Shown here: one piece after another, positions 14,196 through 27,087 of the stretch | How positions within the stretch are numbered: the first letter of the stretch is position 1 | Layout of the letters: each line of letters opens with the position of its first letter | From: Octopus vulgaris | Lineage: Eukaryota | Direction: 5' to 3' | DNA: 64,000 nucleotides | NCBI GenBank assembly: GCA_951406725.2 | Contig: OX597815.1 | Span: 195,424,001 to 195,488,000, forward strand | The notes under the pieces: model-generated | Database searches by the model: none | Told to the model about the DNA's origin: nothing | What the model saw: the letters and a program-made list of their open reading frames with translations, nothing else | Position numbers and translations under genes: made by a program

Positions 14196-16823
14196 TTTAG
14201 ATCATTGTTAATATTAACACAAAATGCATTCCGTTATTTTTGTATATTCCACGGTGTTCTGTGTCCCAATATTCTTCTTATCCTGCCTTCCAAACACATT
14301 ATAATCGTCGGTTCCATCTTCGAAGCTTTGTGCTTAGGTAAGAAATCTATGTTATCGTAAGTGTGTGTAGATATTTTTTATTTAACCCCAGTCACTCCCT
14401 ATTGTGGACAGTTGTAGATAAAGGTATCCAGAATCTCCTCACTCTGTCAGTTTTAAGTATATCCTGGATGACATCATGTTTCATACATATTTATCTTTTC
14501 TTTAGTGAGAAATGTGGTGAGTATTTCGATGCTAATTAAAGCTAGACTAGCAGCCAGGTAGGATCTATATTGTGACATATTCTAATAGTTTATTATTCGT
14601 ATAGGTAGCAGAATATGGATGAACAGACGGGGAAGAAGCTTTTTTTAATAGCTGCACTTCTTATACAACTTGCATCATAAAGTGTTAAGATGAAATGATT
14701 AAACCAAATCTTAATGCTGCTTCAGTCCTTTTAACTCCGATATATTTTGTTTCTTACGTATATATTCGCTCAATTCTGTTTAATATTTGTTATCATTTTG
14801 CAAGTCTTTTAAGCGCAATTCATATTTTCGTTGCATTCAATATCCTATTTCATTCATGTCATTTTCAAAAACAATATTCATATTCGAATCTGTGTTTTGA
14901 ATCTAACACTAAATCTGGTTAAGAGCTCTAAAATCTGTACTACTTGTTCACTTCAAAGACTTGGGCACATGAATTGTAACATTGAAGTATATTTAGATAA
15001 GACCAGAGATTCAGATTTAGTACAAGATTAGCACATCATTAGAAAGTATTATCAGCTTCAAAATGTTTGAAAGTGATCACTAAATAATATCATATATAAT
15101 AGTATCAGGTATTTCTATGATCAATTGTGAAGATAATATGTCAACCAAATATGCTTGATTAAATCTGTTGAAATACAAAGAATTAATTTGAAAGTAATCG
15201 GAAGTACTTCGAGATGAAAGTAATCACAAAGCCGACGGGTTTCCATAGTAGATGGTGACTTAATATACAGCAAAGGACGCTGATGAGAGCGCTGCGTTGA
15301 TGATTAGGTTAATGATAAGAATTTTTGAGATGAACAACAAAGACGATAAATAGCAATGAAATTGGAAGAGAAAAAAAAACGCCATGAATATTGTGAATAA
15401 GATAAAGATGGCGATAATAACTTGCATTAATCGTTGTTATCAATAAGCTGAGAGCTAGCAAAATCATTAGCACATCGGGCAAAGTGCTTAACAGCATTTC
15501 GTCCGTCTTTGCTTTTCATCATTTCGAGTTTCATCGTTTCGAGGTCGATGAAATAAGTACAAGTCCCGAACTGGGGGGAGGTCGATGTAATCGATTAATT
15601 CCCGCACACCACCCACCACCACTACCAAACAGAAACCAGCATTGCAGGCCTTCTGCTTATTAGTAGAAATGATTAATTGCTGTTATCATTAACAAGGTCA
15701 AAAATCAATACAATATTAATTGCCGAAATGACACTCATCATGGATGGTCTGTATCATGTGTGCATTTGTCTCTCTGAAGTCTACGGTATAGCCAGTTGTA
15801 TTTTGTAATCATGTGTATACACTGAGATATTGAGATCCTTACTAGTGGTTATTATTTATATTAGGCCTTAGTGTTTGAAACGAAATGCTTTTATATTGAT
15901 AATATATAATTAGTAGTCACGTGCTAAGCCCGTATTAAAACCTGATAAACAATACCTTCAAAATTTTGATCTATGTAGGACATCTTGTGGCATAAACAAT
16001 TTAATGAAATGAACAATAATTACTGATTTTAGATCATTAAATTACCCTTAAGTCAACATAAGATATTAAAAAAAAAACTAAATATATAAAACATTGTTAC
16101 CAAGACACGCTACATACATTCTGTATATTTGTCATTCAGATACATGAGATCATGGCGCAGGATAATAGGCATGCCGGGATATGTTAATCGAATTAGACAC
16201 TATTTGTTAAACGAAGTAAAATTTCAATATTTTAAAAATATGAGTAGAAAATACTTGATATTTTGCCAATATTTGGAAAATTAGTCTCATTTTTACATCT
16301 GAAGAAGATTAAGAATAATATGTTCGGCAAGCGAATAATTATTTGTGGTTAATACGTTCATGTTTTGTATGACATTTGAAATACTTTCTGGAAGATAGAA
16401 TATAGGCGTCTGATTATGCTATGATTTATAGATATTTGCAAAGAATTACATAAGCTCATTACACACGCGCAGACACACACATGTGTGTGTATACAGAGTG
16501 AGAGAGAGAGAGAGAGAGAAATAGTGAGAGAGACAGAGAGAGAAATAGTGAGAGTGAGAAAGAGAAATAGTGAGAGAGAGAGAGAGAGCGAGAGAGAGAG
16601 AGAGAGAGGGGGAGAGAGATACCCTGCCAGACTAATACATATTCTAAACTTATTTACTGTAGATACACACAGTTTGCCGAGGAATAAGACACACATTCAC
16701 GTTTTACAGGGATATTCAATAGAAATGAAAAATTGAGTATATTTCATCATACACATACTGAAAGACATTTTAAAGTAGTTTTGTCACAATATATATTGCA
16801 TTAGAGAATGAATTTCTATATTT

Positions 16824-17202
16824 CCTCTTTACTCTCTTTTACTTGTTTCAGTCATTTGACTGGGGCCATCCTGGAGCACCGCCTTTAGTCGAGCAAATCG
16901 ACCCAGGGACTTATTCTTTGTATGCCCAGTACTTAATCTATCGGTCTCTTTTGCCGAACCGCTAAGTGACGGGGACGTAAACACACCAGCATCGGTTATC
17001 AAGCAATGCTAGGGGGACAAACACAAACATGTACACACATACATATATATATATATATACATATATACGACGGGCTTCTTTCAGTTTCCGTCTACAAATC
17101 CACTCAGAAGACATTGGTCGGCCCCAGATGCCACGCAGTGGGACTGAACCCGGAACCATGTGGTTGGTAAGCAAGCTACTTACCACACAGCCACTCCTGC
17201 GC
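16824..17202 (-). mobile_element. tRNA-derived SINE (same family as 7222-7628)
   Basis: Reverse-complement match with an internal deletion. Confidence 0.85.
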
Positions 17203-17649
17203 TCCTGTTATAATTAACTACGTTGTGAGTGTACCACATTTGAACTTTATCTACTCTCAAGTAAAAATCAATGTTACTTACGATATACTCTTAGGAATTG
17301 TCATACAGAGTCTAAAATACTTAAAACTCTGGATGTAACCATAATCAGTCACAAAGATAGCACACCAATGTTATAATGCTTTTTGTCAATACCTCCTTGC
17401 AAGTAATTGATGGGCGGATAACATTTGTTACTTTTTTTTACCCCTTTCGGATAATTTTTTTTTTTTAGCTAGACAATTAAAATCTCGTTTCGTAAAAGTA
17501 AGAATTTCATTTTTGGAGAGGGGTAGGTATCCTAGGGATGTGGATATACTGAAATTTTGTGACTTCCACACTTAAATGCTGACATACCGTAAGCAAATAT
17601 TTTAGCCTGGATGACATTAGCTCATTCGGTTCCCTTCCCAGTGATATTC

Positions 17650-18031
17650 ATTTCTACTCTAGGCACAAGGCCTGAAATTCTTGGGGAACGAGCCAGTCGA
17701 TTAGATCGACCTCAGTATGCAACTGGTACTTAATTTATCGACCCTGAAAGGATGAAAGGCAAAGTCGACCTCGACGGGGAATTTGAACTCAGAAATACTT
17801 ATTTCTTTACTATCCACAAGGGGCTACACACAGAGGAGACAGACAAGGACAGACAAACGCATTAAGTCGATTATATCGACCCCAGTGCGTAACTGGTACT
17901 TAATTTATCGACACCGAAAGGATGAAAGGCAAAGTCGACATCGGCGGAATTTGAACTCAGAACGTAACGGCAGACGAAATACGACTACGCATTTCGCCCG
18001 GCGTGCTAACGTTTCTGCCAGCCCTCCGCCA
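17650..18031 (-). mobile_element. Central-domain SINE dimer
   Basis: Two cores, with the head at ~18030. Confidence 0.8.
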
Positions 18032-18328
18032 TACATGCATTAATATATTATTGCTGAAATGATACAAAAGCAGCGAACCGAGTGGCATTTATTCTTGATA
18101 GTTAGGTTCTGATTTCAAATATCACGGAGGACAACTTCGCTTTGAATCTTTTCTGGATCGATGATATAAAGTACTATTGATGTTTTGTGGTGGTGTAATC
18201 CATTTGAACCCTTCTCCGAAAATGCTTCCTTCCAAAATTTGAGAAAACGTATTGAAAATATTTATCTATAATAGTATTTAAACAAATGTCACACTCAAGA
18301 CACATATCATATCATCGGGAAATATGAA

Positions 18329-18975
18329 GGGCAACGATTTGGCTGAGTCATTAGCCCACCTGGAAAAATGCTTAGCAGTATTTCTTCTGCCGCCACGTTC
18401 TGAGTTCAAACACCGCCGAGGTCGATTTTGCCTTTTATCCTTTCGGGATCGATTAGATAAGTACCAATTACGCACTGGGGTCGATATAACCAACTTAATC
18501 CGTTTGTTTGTGCTTGTTTGTCCTCTCTCTAGGTTTAGCCCCTTGTGGGTCGTAAAGAAATTGGTATTTCGTCCGTGTTTGCGATCTGAGTTCAAATTCC
18601 GCTGTGTTTGACTTTACCTTTCATTCTTTCGGGGTCGATAAATTTAGTACCTATTTCTTTATTACCCACAAGGGGCTAAACATAGAGGGAACAAACAAGG
18701 ACAGACATAGGTATTAAGTCGATTACATCGACCCCAGTGCGTAACTGGTACTTAATTCTTCGTCCCCGAAAGGATGAAAAGGCAAAGTCGACCCTCGGCG
18801 GAATTTGAACTCACAATGTAACGGCAGACGAAATACCGCTAAGCATTACGCCCGGCGTGCTAACGTTTCTGCCAGCTCACCGATAAATTTAGTACCGCTG
18901 ATGCACTGGGGTCGATGGTAATGGACTTGCCCCCTCCTGCAAATGTGAGGCCTCGTGCCTACAGTAGTAAAGATT
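18329..18975. mobile_element. Central-domain SINE dimer (+) with a nested antisense monomer (18652-18880)
   Basis: 16-bp TSD CGATAAATTTAGTACC at 18636-18651 and 18881-18896. Confidence 0.85.
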
Positions 18976-19446
18976 ATCGGGAAATATGCAAGATTTAACA
19001 TTTATGAAACCATATTAGGACGGTTTGGTTTGGATAAATTAGATTCCTGGAGATAGGAAAGCATGAGTCATTCAATGCCAATAAGTCAATGTGACATTTC
19101 TTGAACAAACAAGTAACTTTTCTTAAAATATCCTTGCCCTCACAGCTATCAAAGTTATTTGCTGAATCATAATAGAAATACTAATTATATCATTTGATTC
19201 CAAAAAGGATAAATTTAGCATCGAATATTGCATACTTTAACAAATAAGCTTAATCAATATATTACTACAGCAAATTCACTTACTCTCCTCTGTCACTGGA
19301 TAAACATAGAGGCGTACGCTCTGGCATACACACATACACACGTATAAATATGATTGTGTGTGCTCACATTCACACACATATGTGTATGTAAAATTTAATA
19401 TACACAGTTACAAAAGTGCTACTAGTAGTTTTTTTGGTGGGTGGGG

Positions 19447-19846
19447 GGCTGTGTGGTAAGTAGCTTGCTTACGAACCACATAGTTCCGGGTTCAGTTCCA
19501 CTGCGTGGCACCTTGGGAATTTGTGTTCTACTATAGCCTCGGGCCGACCACAGGCTTGTGAGTGGATTTGGTAGACGGAAACTGAAAGAAGCCCATCGTT
19601 TATATATGTTTATTTTTATATATGTATTTGTGGGTGTATGTGTGTGTATTTCTGTGTTTGTTCCCTCAACATCGCTTGACAATCGATGCTGGTGTGTTTA
19701 CGTCCCCGTAATTTAGCAGTTCGGCAAAAGTGACCGATAGAATAAGTGTTAGGTTTGTAAAGAATAAATCCTGGGGTCGATTTGCTCGACTAAAGGCGGT
19801 GCTTCAGCATAGCTACAGTCAAATGACTGAAACAAGTAAAGAGAGT
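19447..19846 (+). mobile_element. tRNA-derived SINE (same family)
   Basis: Direct match, lacking the first ~10 nt. Confidence 0.85.
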
Positions 19847-20732
19847 ATATATTAAACTGGCAGATATACACAAAAATGCCATGTATCTCCAAGCAATCGT
19901 CCAGGCTTATTTTATGACGTTAGGTATATTTAAAAATCAGAACAATACTCTATGAGAAAACATGAGAAAAAGTGAGACGAACAGAAAAAAGTGAAGTAAG
20001 AAAATACGAAGAAGGTTCATGCAAAAATTGGAACGTGAAGAAAGAAAAGTAAGGAAAGTAAAACCCAAGACCTTCGTCCGATTTGTCTCAGGAATCATAA
20101 TTGATGTAACTAGTAGAAAATAATATAATAGAAACTAGGACAAAATCAGTGAAATATTAACTTAGTCCGGAGCAGGTGCTGACCTCAGCATCATAAAAAA
20201 CCTGCAAAAAATTTGGACCGAAAATAAAGGAGGAATCTTTCAGGTTATGGACGTAACGTGCACCGCTTTGAACCAAAATTATATTTTTTCCCGATACTTT
20301 ACTTGGTTGTATACGCTATGCATTTGGTCTTCTGGTTTAATAAATAGCAAGCCGAATTTATTTTTATCGATGGCTAGAGAAGACTGGTAGTTTCCACAGA
20401 AGCTTTTATAATTTTCTTCGCATAAGCTGATGTAACATTTATTTTTTCAATTTTGTTGATTTGGAGCACTGCTCTAACACACACATGCACACATACACAC
20501 GCACACACACACACGCGTACACACTTACACACCCAGAAATACACATTCACATATTCTTATGTTCTCTCCAGGCAATAAATCTCAGTTGCCATTTAGTTAT
20601 TGTGGCACATCTTCAAAAGACGCAGTAATGTTTAATAAAGTATAAATGTTGCATGTTTGATATAAGTTGTATTTTTGTGTCTCTCTCTGTATATGTCTGT
20701 GTCCGTGTCTATCTATCTGTCTGAAAGAGACA

Positions 20733-20766
<34 letters not shown>

Positions 20767-20849
20767 ACGCGCGAATATGTTTCTACCAAACCACTAATGT
20801 ATACACTCATCTTATGTTGATGTTCCTATTTCTTTCTTTCCTCATCATT

Positions 20850-22620
20850 TCAGTGTCTTTATATTTTGCTTGAAAAAGCACGTAATCTGAAACATTGAAT
20901 CCTCCTCGATACGTTTCGTTTGACATATTCATTTTCATTTCACGCATTCTGCATCAGTTATTGTTTCTATTCTGTTTTCCATATTGTTCCTCTATGACCT
21001 TCACTTGCTTACTTTCATACTTAAATTCACTGTATAAAACGATTTTTGGCCCTGGGTTACAACTGTAATTTCTTATTTGTTTATACTCGCAAAGTATGAA
21101 AATGGCTAATATTTACTTCAAACAGGTTTTCTTATATTTATTTAACCCCGAAAGCTAGGATGCTGCCCCTCTACTCCTACTCATTATTAGAGATGCACTT
21201 ATTTTCAACCACTAATGTTCGATTGGTATTGAGCAGAATATTGGCTATAAAACAAGTAGAAAGTGTATAACCATTATGTAATTCTCAAACTTAAAAGATA
21301 TCATACACTTCATATATCTTTAATTCATATGATAGCCATGTGGCTATGCACAAATGGTCGTTTGAATTTTCTGTTTAGTTGCTATATTTATGAGTGTGAG
21401 TATAGATTTAACATGTGCTGAGAAGCTCTGGCGTTATCTTTCTGACTACACCTGGTATCACATGAAATTGCTTTTACAGTAGTAGTTCACTTCTCGCTAG
21501 TGTTTCTTTTATTCGAATCTTTCCATTTTGTTATTTCTTTCCCTCAGTATCACGTGTAGTTGTTATAGGTTAGAGAATGCCAAGGCTTCGACTTAAAAAC
21601 ATAGACGGGTACTTTCTTCGATGAATCCATAGTTGATACCGTTCCTAGATTCTACATTCGGAAATCAGTTTGCGAAGTTTTTTATTCATATTCACCTTTC
21701 GAACCCTCTCCCCATGAAATACTAAATTTGCTTTTACAACTACATGTATTGAAGCTGTCCTTTCTACCTTAGATGTTGAATCATGACACTTTTCCTTCAT
21801 CTCTTGAAGAGATCACTTGATCTCTTTTATCTATGGGATTGCCTTGTTGCTTTGAAGGATGAAGCATACTTAAATCTATAGAGACTTAGCTGACTACATT
21901 TCACTGGAGTTTACATCACAATCCACCATTTGCTCGTATTGGACAAGAAACATGTGTGTGCCAACACCCGCAGCTATATCCTTCTCTTATTATTTACTAA
22001 GTATTTTCTGGCTACTTTATTGATTCGTGAGTCTCTTACTGCTTCAGCTGGTGTTTTCACATCATTCTGTAGTTTGAAATCTTAGTTTGTTACATGTGTT
22101 TAGTTTTCCATATGAAGACGTGCCTATCCCTGTTTCTTCCATTGCTACTTCTATCTATTTTTGGATGTATCTAAGAATATCCTAATGTCTTGGCATGGTA
22201 TAGGTATGTCATAATTCTTGCAAGCTTGGTTAATATACTCTTCTGAAAACGAAACCGTCATTTGAACGTTTCTTAAAATGTCTTACAATCGATCGGACCT
22301 TTTTTCTTTTATATATGCAAATCGTTCATTTGACGCTGTAGGTGTGTACATCCGAATGTGTCTGTCCCAAACAATGTATTCTCCACGTTTAAGATCAAAC
22401 AAATTTTCGCCGGCCATTCTCTAAAGTAACATGTTTCTTCAACTAGAACCATAACTATTTTCTAGTCTATCCTCTGCATTTTACAATTGTTGATTCTTTC
22501 CTAAATCCGAAGTTAATTTTATAAATTCTTTAAGTTATGGACATTCAGCAGCTGATGCTCACACTCTGATAATTCCTATGTATTTATATAGCTAACGTAT
22601 TTGTATTCGGTGTAGCGAAA
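20850..22620 (-). pseudogene. Highly decayed APE-type LINE (RTE-like) RT region
   Basis: Ordered remnants NKA (~21845), QTDFR (~21665), KAFDS-like (~21580), FHVIPGV (~21460). Confidence 0.4.
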
Positions 22621-23391
22621 TTGATGAAACATTGGAAAGTTTACGCTTTGCAAACCGCGTAACTCGACGATTATTCTATCACCTAAACGCGCTCTGAGTG
22701 ACATAGTGCGACTTTACAATATATAGTTGCGCATATTTCACGAGTCTGTGTATCAAAAGGGGTGGAACTACCTCCGGGGGTTTACAATCCCCCGCACATG
22801 TTTACTGCATTCACATGTACGTTCTAGATGTCACTCTAAACAGCCCATTAAGAGAAATTGCTCTGATGTATTTCATGAATGTCTAGAGATGTTTAACCAC
22901 ATCTACCGTTCCTTTCACAGCCTCAAACTTCAACTATTATCCACACATAAAACCATATAAATCCAGGTCATTCATTTGGATGCCAGCCAGTACAGATCGA
23001 CTGAAAGTGCTCGTAAACCGACTAGTTTGCCAGAAACAGGGGGAGCAATTGCATCTCGAAAATCTTGATTTCTTAATGACAATTTCTTTACTATAGATAT
23101 GAAAGATTCAATTTTTCATTGTTCATTTTACTGTTCTTGTGATTGCATCATTCAGATGCGGGATAGAACTCTCAACGATGTCATGTTTTACAGCAAAGAT
23201 ATTTTTGTTCCTATCTCTTACAACTAACTGTTTCTGGCAGTTGCTTGAACGTTACGTTCCTGTTAAATTTTCTGTAAATAGAAGAATAAAAAATCTTGTT
23301 AACACAATACGTGAATGAAGACTGCGTCCTAATTGTTTGATTAGAATTATATTTTTTAAACGCTTTGCGTATTCCTATTTGGAACACTGCT

Positions 23392-23454
<63 letters not shown>

Positions 23455-24798
23455 AAACACACACACATGCACGTACACACAAAGACACCCACCCAGAAAC
23501 ACTACTACTAATTTTCTTAGGGTACTAGGACTTCGCCTGTGATATAACTAATGGAATCATTGGAGCAAAATAAACTATATAAAGAATGTATCATTCCCAC
23601 TTCAGAGAATATTTAACATTTTCTAACAGATTTATGGAGCATATCTACTCATAGAGGTTGCTGTTGCACTCTTACTTCTCACTAATTATGGAACTTTGGA
23701 AAAATACCTGCCAATTTATACCCTTTAAATTTATACTGCACTTACGTCACACACAAATGACTTCACTGTATCCACTGTACACCAAGTGTGAGTGCTGATT
23801 TTGTTCATTAAACTTAGAGAAAATTGAACCAGAAATGTTTTTGTTGATGGTGATGTATTTGTCGTTTCTTTTACTTTTCTGTTCGTCAAGCAGGATATTT
23901 ATGATATGAGTCGTTATACTCACGAGTCACCCCACCTACTTAAAATACATACTTCAAATGGAACACCATTAATCAACGATCATTTAATTTTTAAGCTACT
24001 AGGGTATGATCAAAATTGGGATCTGTGCGCTAATTCTAAGCCAAAAATATCTCGACAACAATTATGACGATAGTGTGCCGCTTCATGTTAGCAATTCTTC
24101 ACAAAAGCACGATACTCTAACTTTTGTATTTGTGATATAATAATAATTAGAATACTTAGAACAGAGTGGTAATTACCGCTCAAGAATACTAGTATTGTGT
24201 GAGGAATGATAAACGTAAACTAAATATGCTATTAAATATAGAAGAAAGAAGTCTGAAGATCAGACGAGTAATATAAATGGTAATAAACATTTTACTAATT
24301 ATAGGGTTGCATCTGTCACAGAAAGTTAAGTATTTCTGTGTGAACAAAATGACTTAAAAGAGAACAAAAGCTAATAGAGGACATAGCTGGAAGGGCATGT
24401 TGATGAAATCATTACATCAATTAAGTTACCATAGTTTTCGAAGAAAATGTATGAAAATAATTATTGATAATGAATTACTAATTTAATATAACTTCTGAGA
24501 AACATGTTTGCATAAATCATTGCAGGGAAAAAGGAACACATAAAGAGGTTAAAGTGCGAGAACTTGAATTAAAGCGGGGACCTGCTGAAGTAATATCGAC
24601 GAAATATGTAAGAGGAAAAGTTCGAGGACAATCAAACGTATTTATATTTAGATTCGTTCCTATTAAAGAATATATTAACAAAATTAAATGTCAGAGAAAA
24701 TATATCTTCGAATGAACCGTCCGTGGTTTTTCTTGTGCCCATTTTGTATCATGTAGCTGTTGGGATGTTTTGCGTTCTTTTTCCACCTTTTGCATTCC

Positions 24799-24854
<56 letters not shown>

Positions 24855-24859
<5 letters not shown>

Positions 24860-25057
24860 AAAGTTTACGAAAATATACAAAAGACGAAGGCAGGTGGAGA
24901 ACAAACAAACAAATGTATTAGTATAGCACTCAGGAATAGAAAAAGTATTTTATGTTTCGAGCCTACGCTCTTCGACAGAAAGCTACACAGAAAAAAAACA
25001 AGGATAGAAAAAAATGCGTGTAGGAGTTAACGATCTATCTTGGCGTCCTGACTTCGG

Positions 25058-25060
<3 letters not shown>
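24855..25060 (-). mobile_element. Short non-autonomous hammerhead-bearing repeat in (TA)n (paralogues ~43005-43100 and ~50795-51000)
   Basis: Shared sequence GGGAA.GTTTACGAAAATA.ACAAAAGACGAAGGCAG.TGGAG.ACAAACAAACAA.TGTATT at three loci, each abutting (TA)n. Confidence 0.7.
24948..24982 (-). ncRNA. Hammerhead-like motif, A6U variant (paralogue of 50893-50930)
   Basis: Minus strand CTTT-CTGTCGA-A-GAGC(GTAG)GCTC-GAAACATA-AAA; stem II is perfect. Confidence 0.5.
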
Positions 25061-25090
<30 letters not shown>

Positions 25091-25266
25091 CGTTTAAATA
25101 TTTGTTGTGCAAGATTTTTTATGTGAAGTCGTGTGTTGAAACAGATATTGTTATATTTCGGAATGGTCATATTGCCAGTTTAGCCAATAAAAACACACGC
25201 ACTATATATTTGGTGTTATTTTGCTTCAGTGATATTTATTTTTTACATTAATCTTAATCTTATTTC

Positions 25267-25311
25267 GGCCAAAGTTCTTTCGTCACACTCCTGTGACCGC
25301 ATCAGTGGTCC
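25267..25311 (-). ncRNA. Mirror copy of the PLE pseudo-LTR hammerhead-like motif
   Basis: Exact reverse complement of 30853-30897, within the inverted arm. Confidence 0.6.
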
Positions 25312-25830
25312 TTTGTTTTCTTCTCACTTACTTGTGTCTCTCCTTACTAACCGTCAGCCATTTTGTATTTCTATTGTATGTCTTCATTTGCGCATGCTTA
25401 TATCTCTATGTGCGTCTATGTTTATTTAGTGTGTGTGGGGGGGATGCCTGTAATATTTGTATCTTCTGGTTATATACATTCTTGTAATTTGTATTTTGTT
25501 TTTGTTGTTGTTGCTTTTGTTCTAATTTTATTCATGTGTTTACATCCACCCATTATTATCATTACATATGCTTGTATGTATGTATAACAACAATATTAGT
25601 AATAATAATAATAAATCTAATCGAGAAAAAAAAAAAAAAAAAAGAATATACATATACATATATATATATACATATACATATACATACATATATATATATA
25701 TATATACATATATACACACATATATACACATATACATATACATATATATACACATATACATATATATAGATATTCATTTCTATTTCTTTAATTACCTGTG
25801 TATTTATTATGTTTGCAGGATCCACTATTG

Positions 25831-27078
25831 TCATATGTTGTGGTGTGCGCTATTGCTCCATTCTAGTTTTCTATTCAGGCTAGGTTTATTTTCTATTATA
25901 TGTGTAGCTTCTGTAATTTGTCTAATTGTTGCATCTGTTCTATGTGTGGACAATATCTTAATCTCTATGTTATTGATTGATCCCCCGTGTTCTTGTTCGG
26001 CGTGTTGGTACAGAATCGATGAGCTTTTACCTTCCTTGAGTTGTCTCCAATGTTCATTCACCCGCTCACCAATGCTTCTTGCAGTTTCCCCTACGTATGT
26101 TACTGTCTTGTTACTGCATCGTCCCTCTATACATCTTATACTATAGACCACATTTCTGGCTTTACAGTTCGTTTGTGGGCTAAATCTACATACAGTGCAA
26201 TAGTTATCCGTACAGAGAGTTCTACTAAAAGGATAGGTTCTACCAATTATAGATCTGATAGGGTTGCCTGGCTTTTCAACAACCTTAATTCTTAGTTTAA
26301 GTTTATCTAGGGTCCTTCTAAAGCGGTACGCTAGTTCACCTCCAGGGGTGGTGTCAACGAACATGACACTCTGGTATTTATGGCTATCATACCAAGAGTT
26401 GGCCTTCCTTATTTTCTTTTTTGTCCTTTCTATAGTGTTCCATGACTTGTTCCTATAGAGTGGGCAAATCCCATTCCTATCATTACATAATATATTATCA
26501 AATTTCTTCATGGCTCCTTTGTATACTCTGATCCTTTCTTTATGGCTGTAACCTGAGAACTGCATGCGGTGAATGAAATACTGTATGTGTCTCTTTAATT
26601 CTGTAGGCTCGCACATGCGTGACACATTTCTCATTATTCTGACGAGGTCTGCCATCAAAATATTGAATTTGGCATTGCCCGCAATGGCTGAGTTCCGGTG
26701 GATCAGGTATTTTGAGGCCATAGGTTTTGCATAGTATGAATGAAGGATTTGGGTTTTATTTTTCACAATTTCTAGCCAGAGTTCAGTGTCTAGTACTGGT
26801 AGTCTATGGTTGGGGTGTTTAGTGGGGTAGTTTATTGTGACCTTAATACTCTGGTGGATGGAGTTAGCTATTTGCTGGATGCTCTCCATAGTATTAGTTT
26901 CTATTACTATATCAACAGTACTTTCTTGTGGGGGTGCCTTTACTACTATATTGATATCATCAACATAGCGAGAGTACATGTTTACGAGTATGGATTTCTG
27001 CAGTAGGCATTCTTTAAGCCTTCTGTCCCACCATACCATGAAGAGGTTGGCCACATCACCAGCGATACTAACACCGAT
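25831..27078 (-). pseudogene. Inverted duplicate of the 3' part of the PLE ORF (RT motif C, thumb, GIY-YIG)
   Basis: The 407-aa minus-strand ORF matches the C-terminus of the + ORF except TINYP vs TIDYP. It starts mid-RT at the junction, so it is not an independent gene. Confidence 0.92.
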
Positions 27079-27087
27079 ACTAACACC

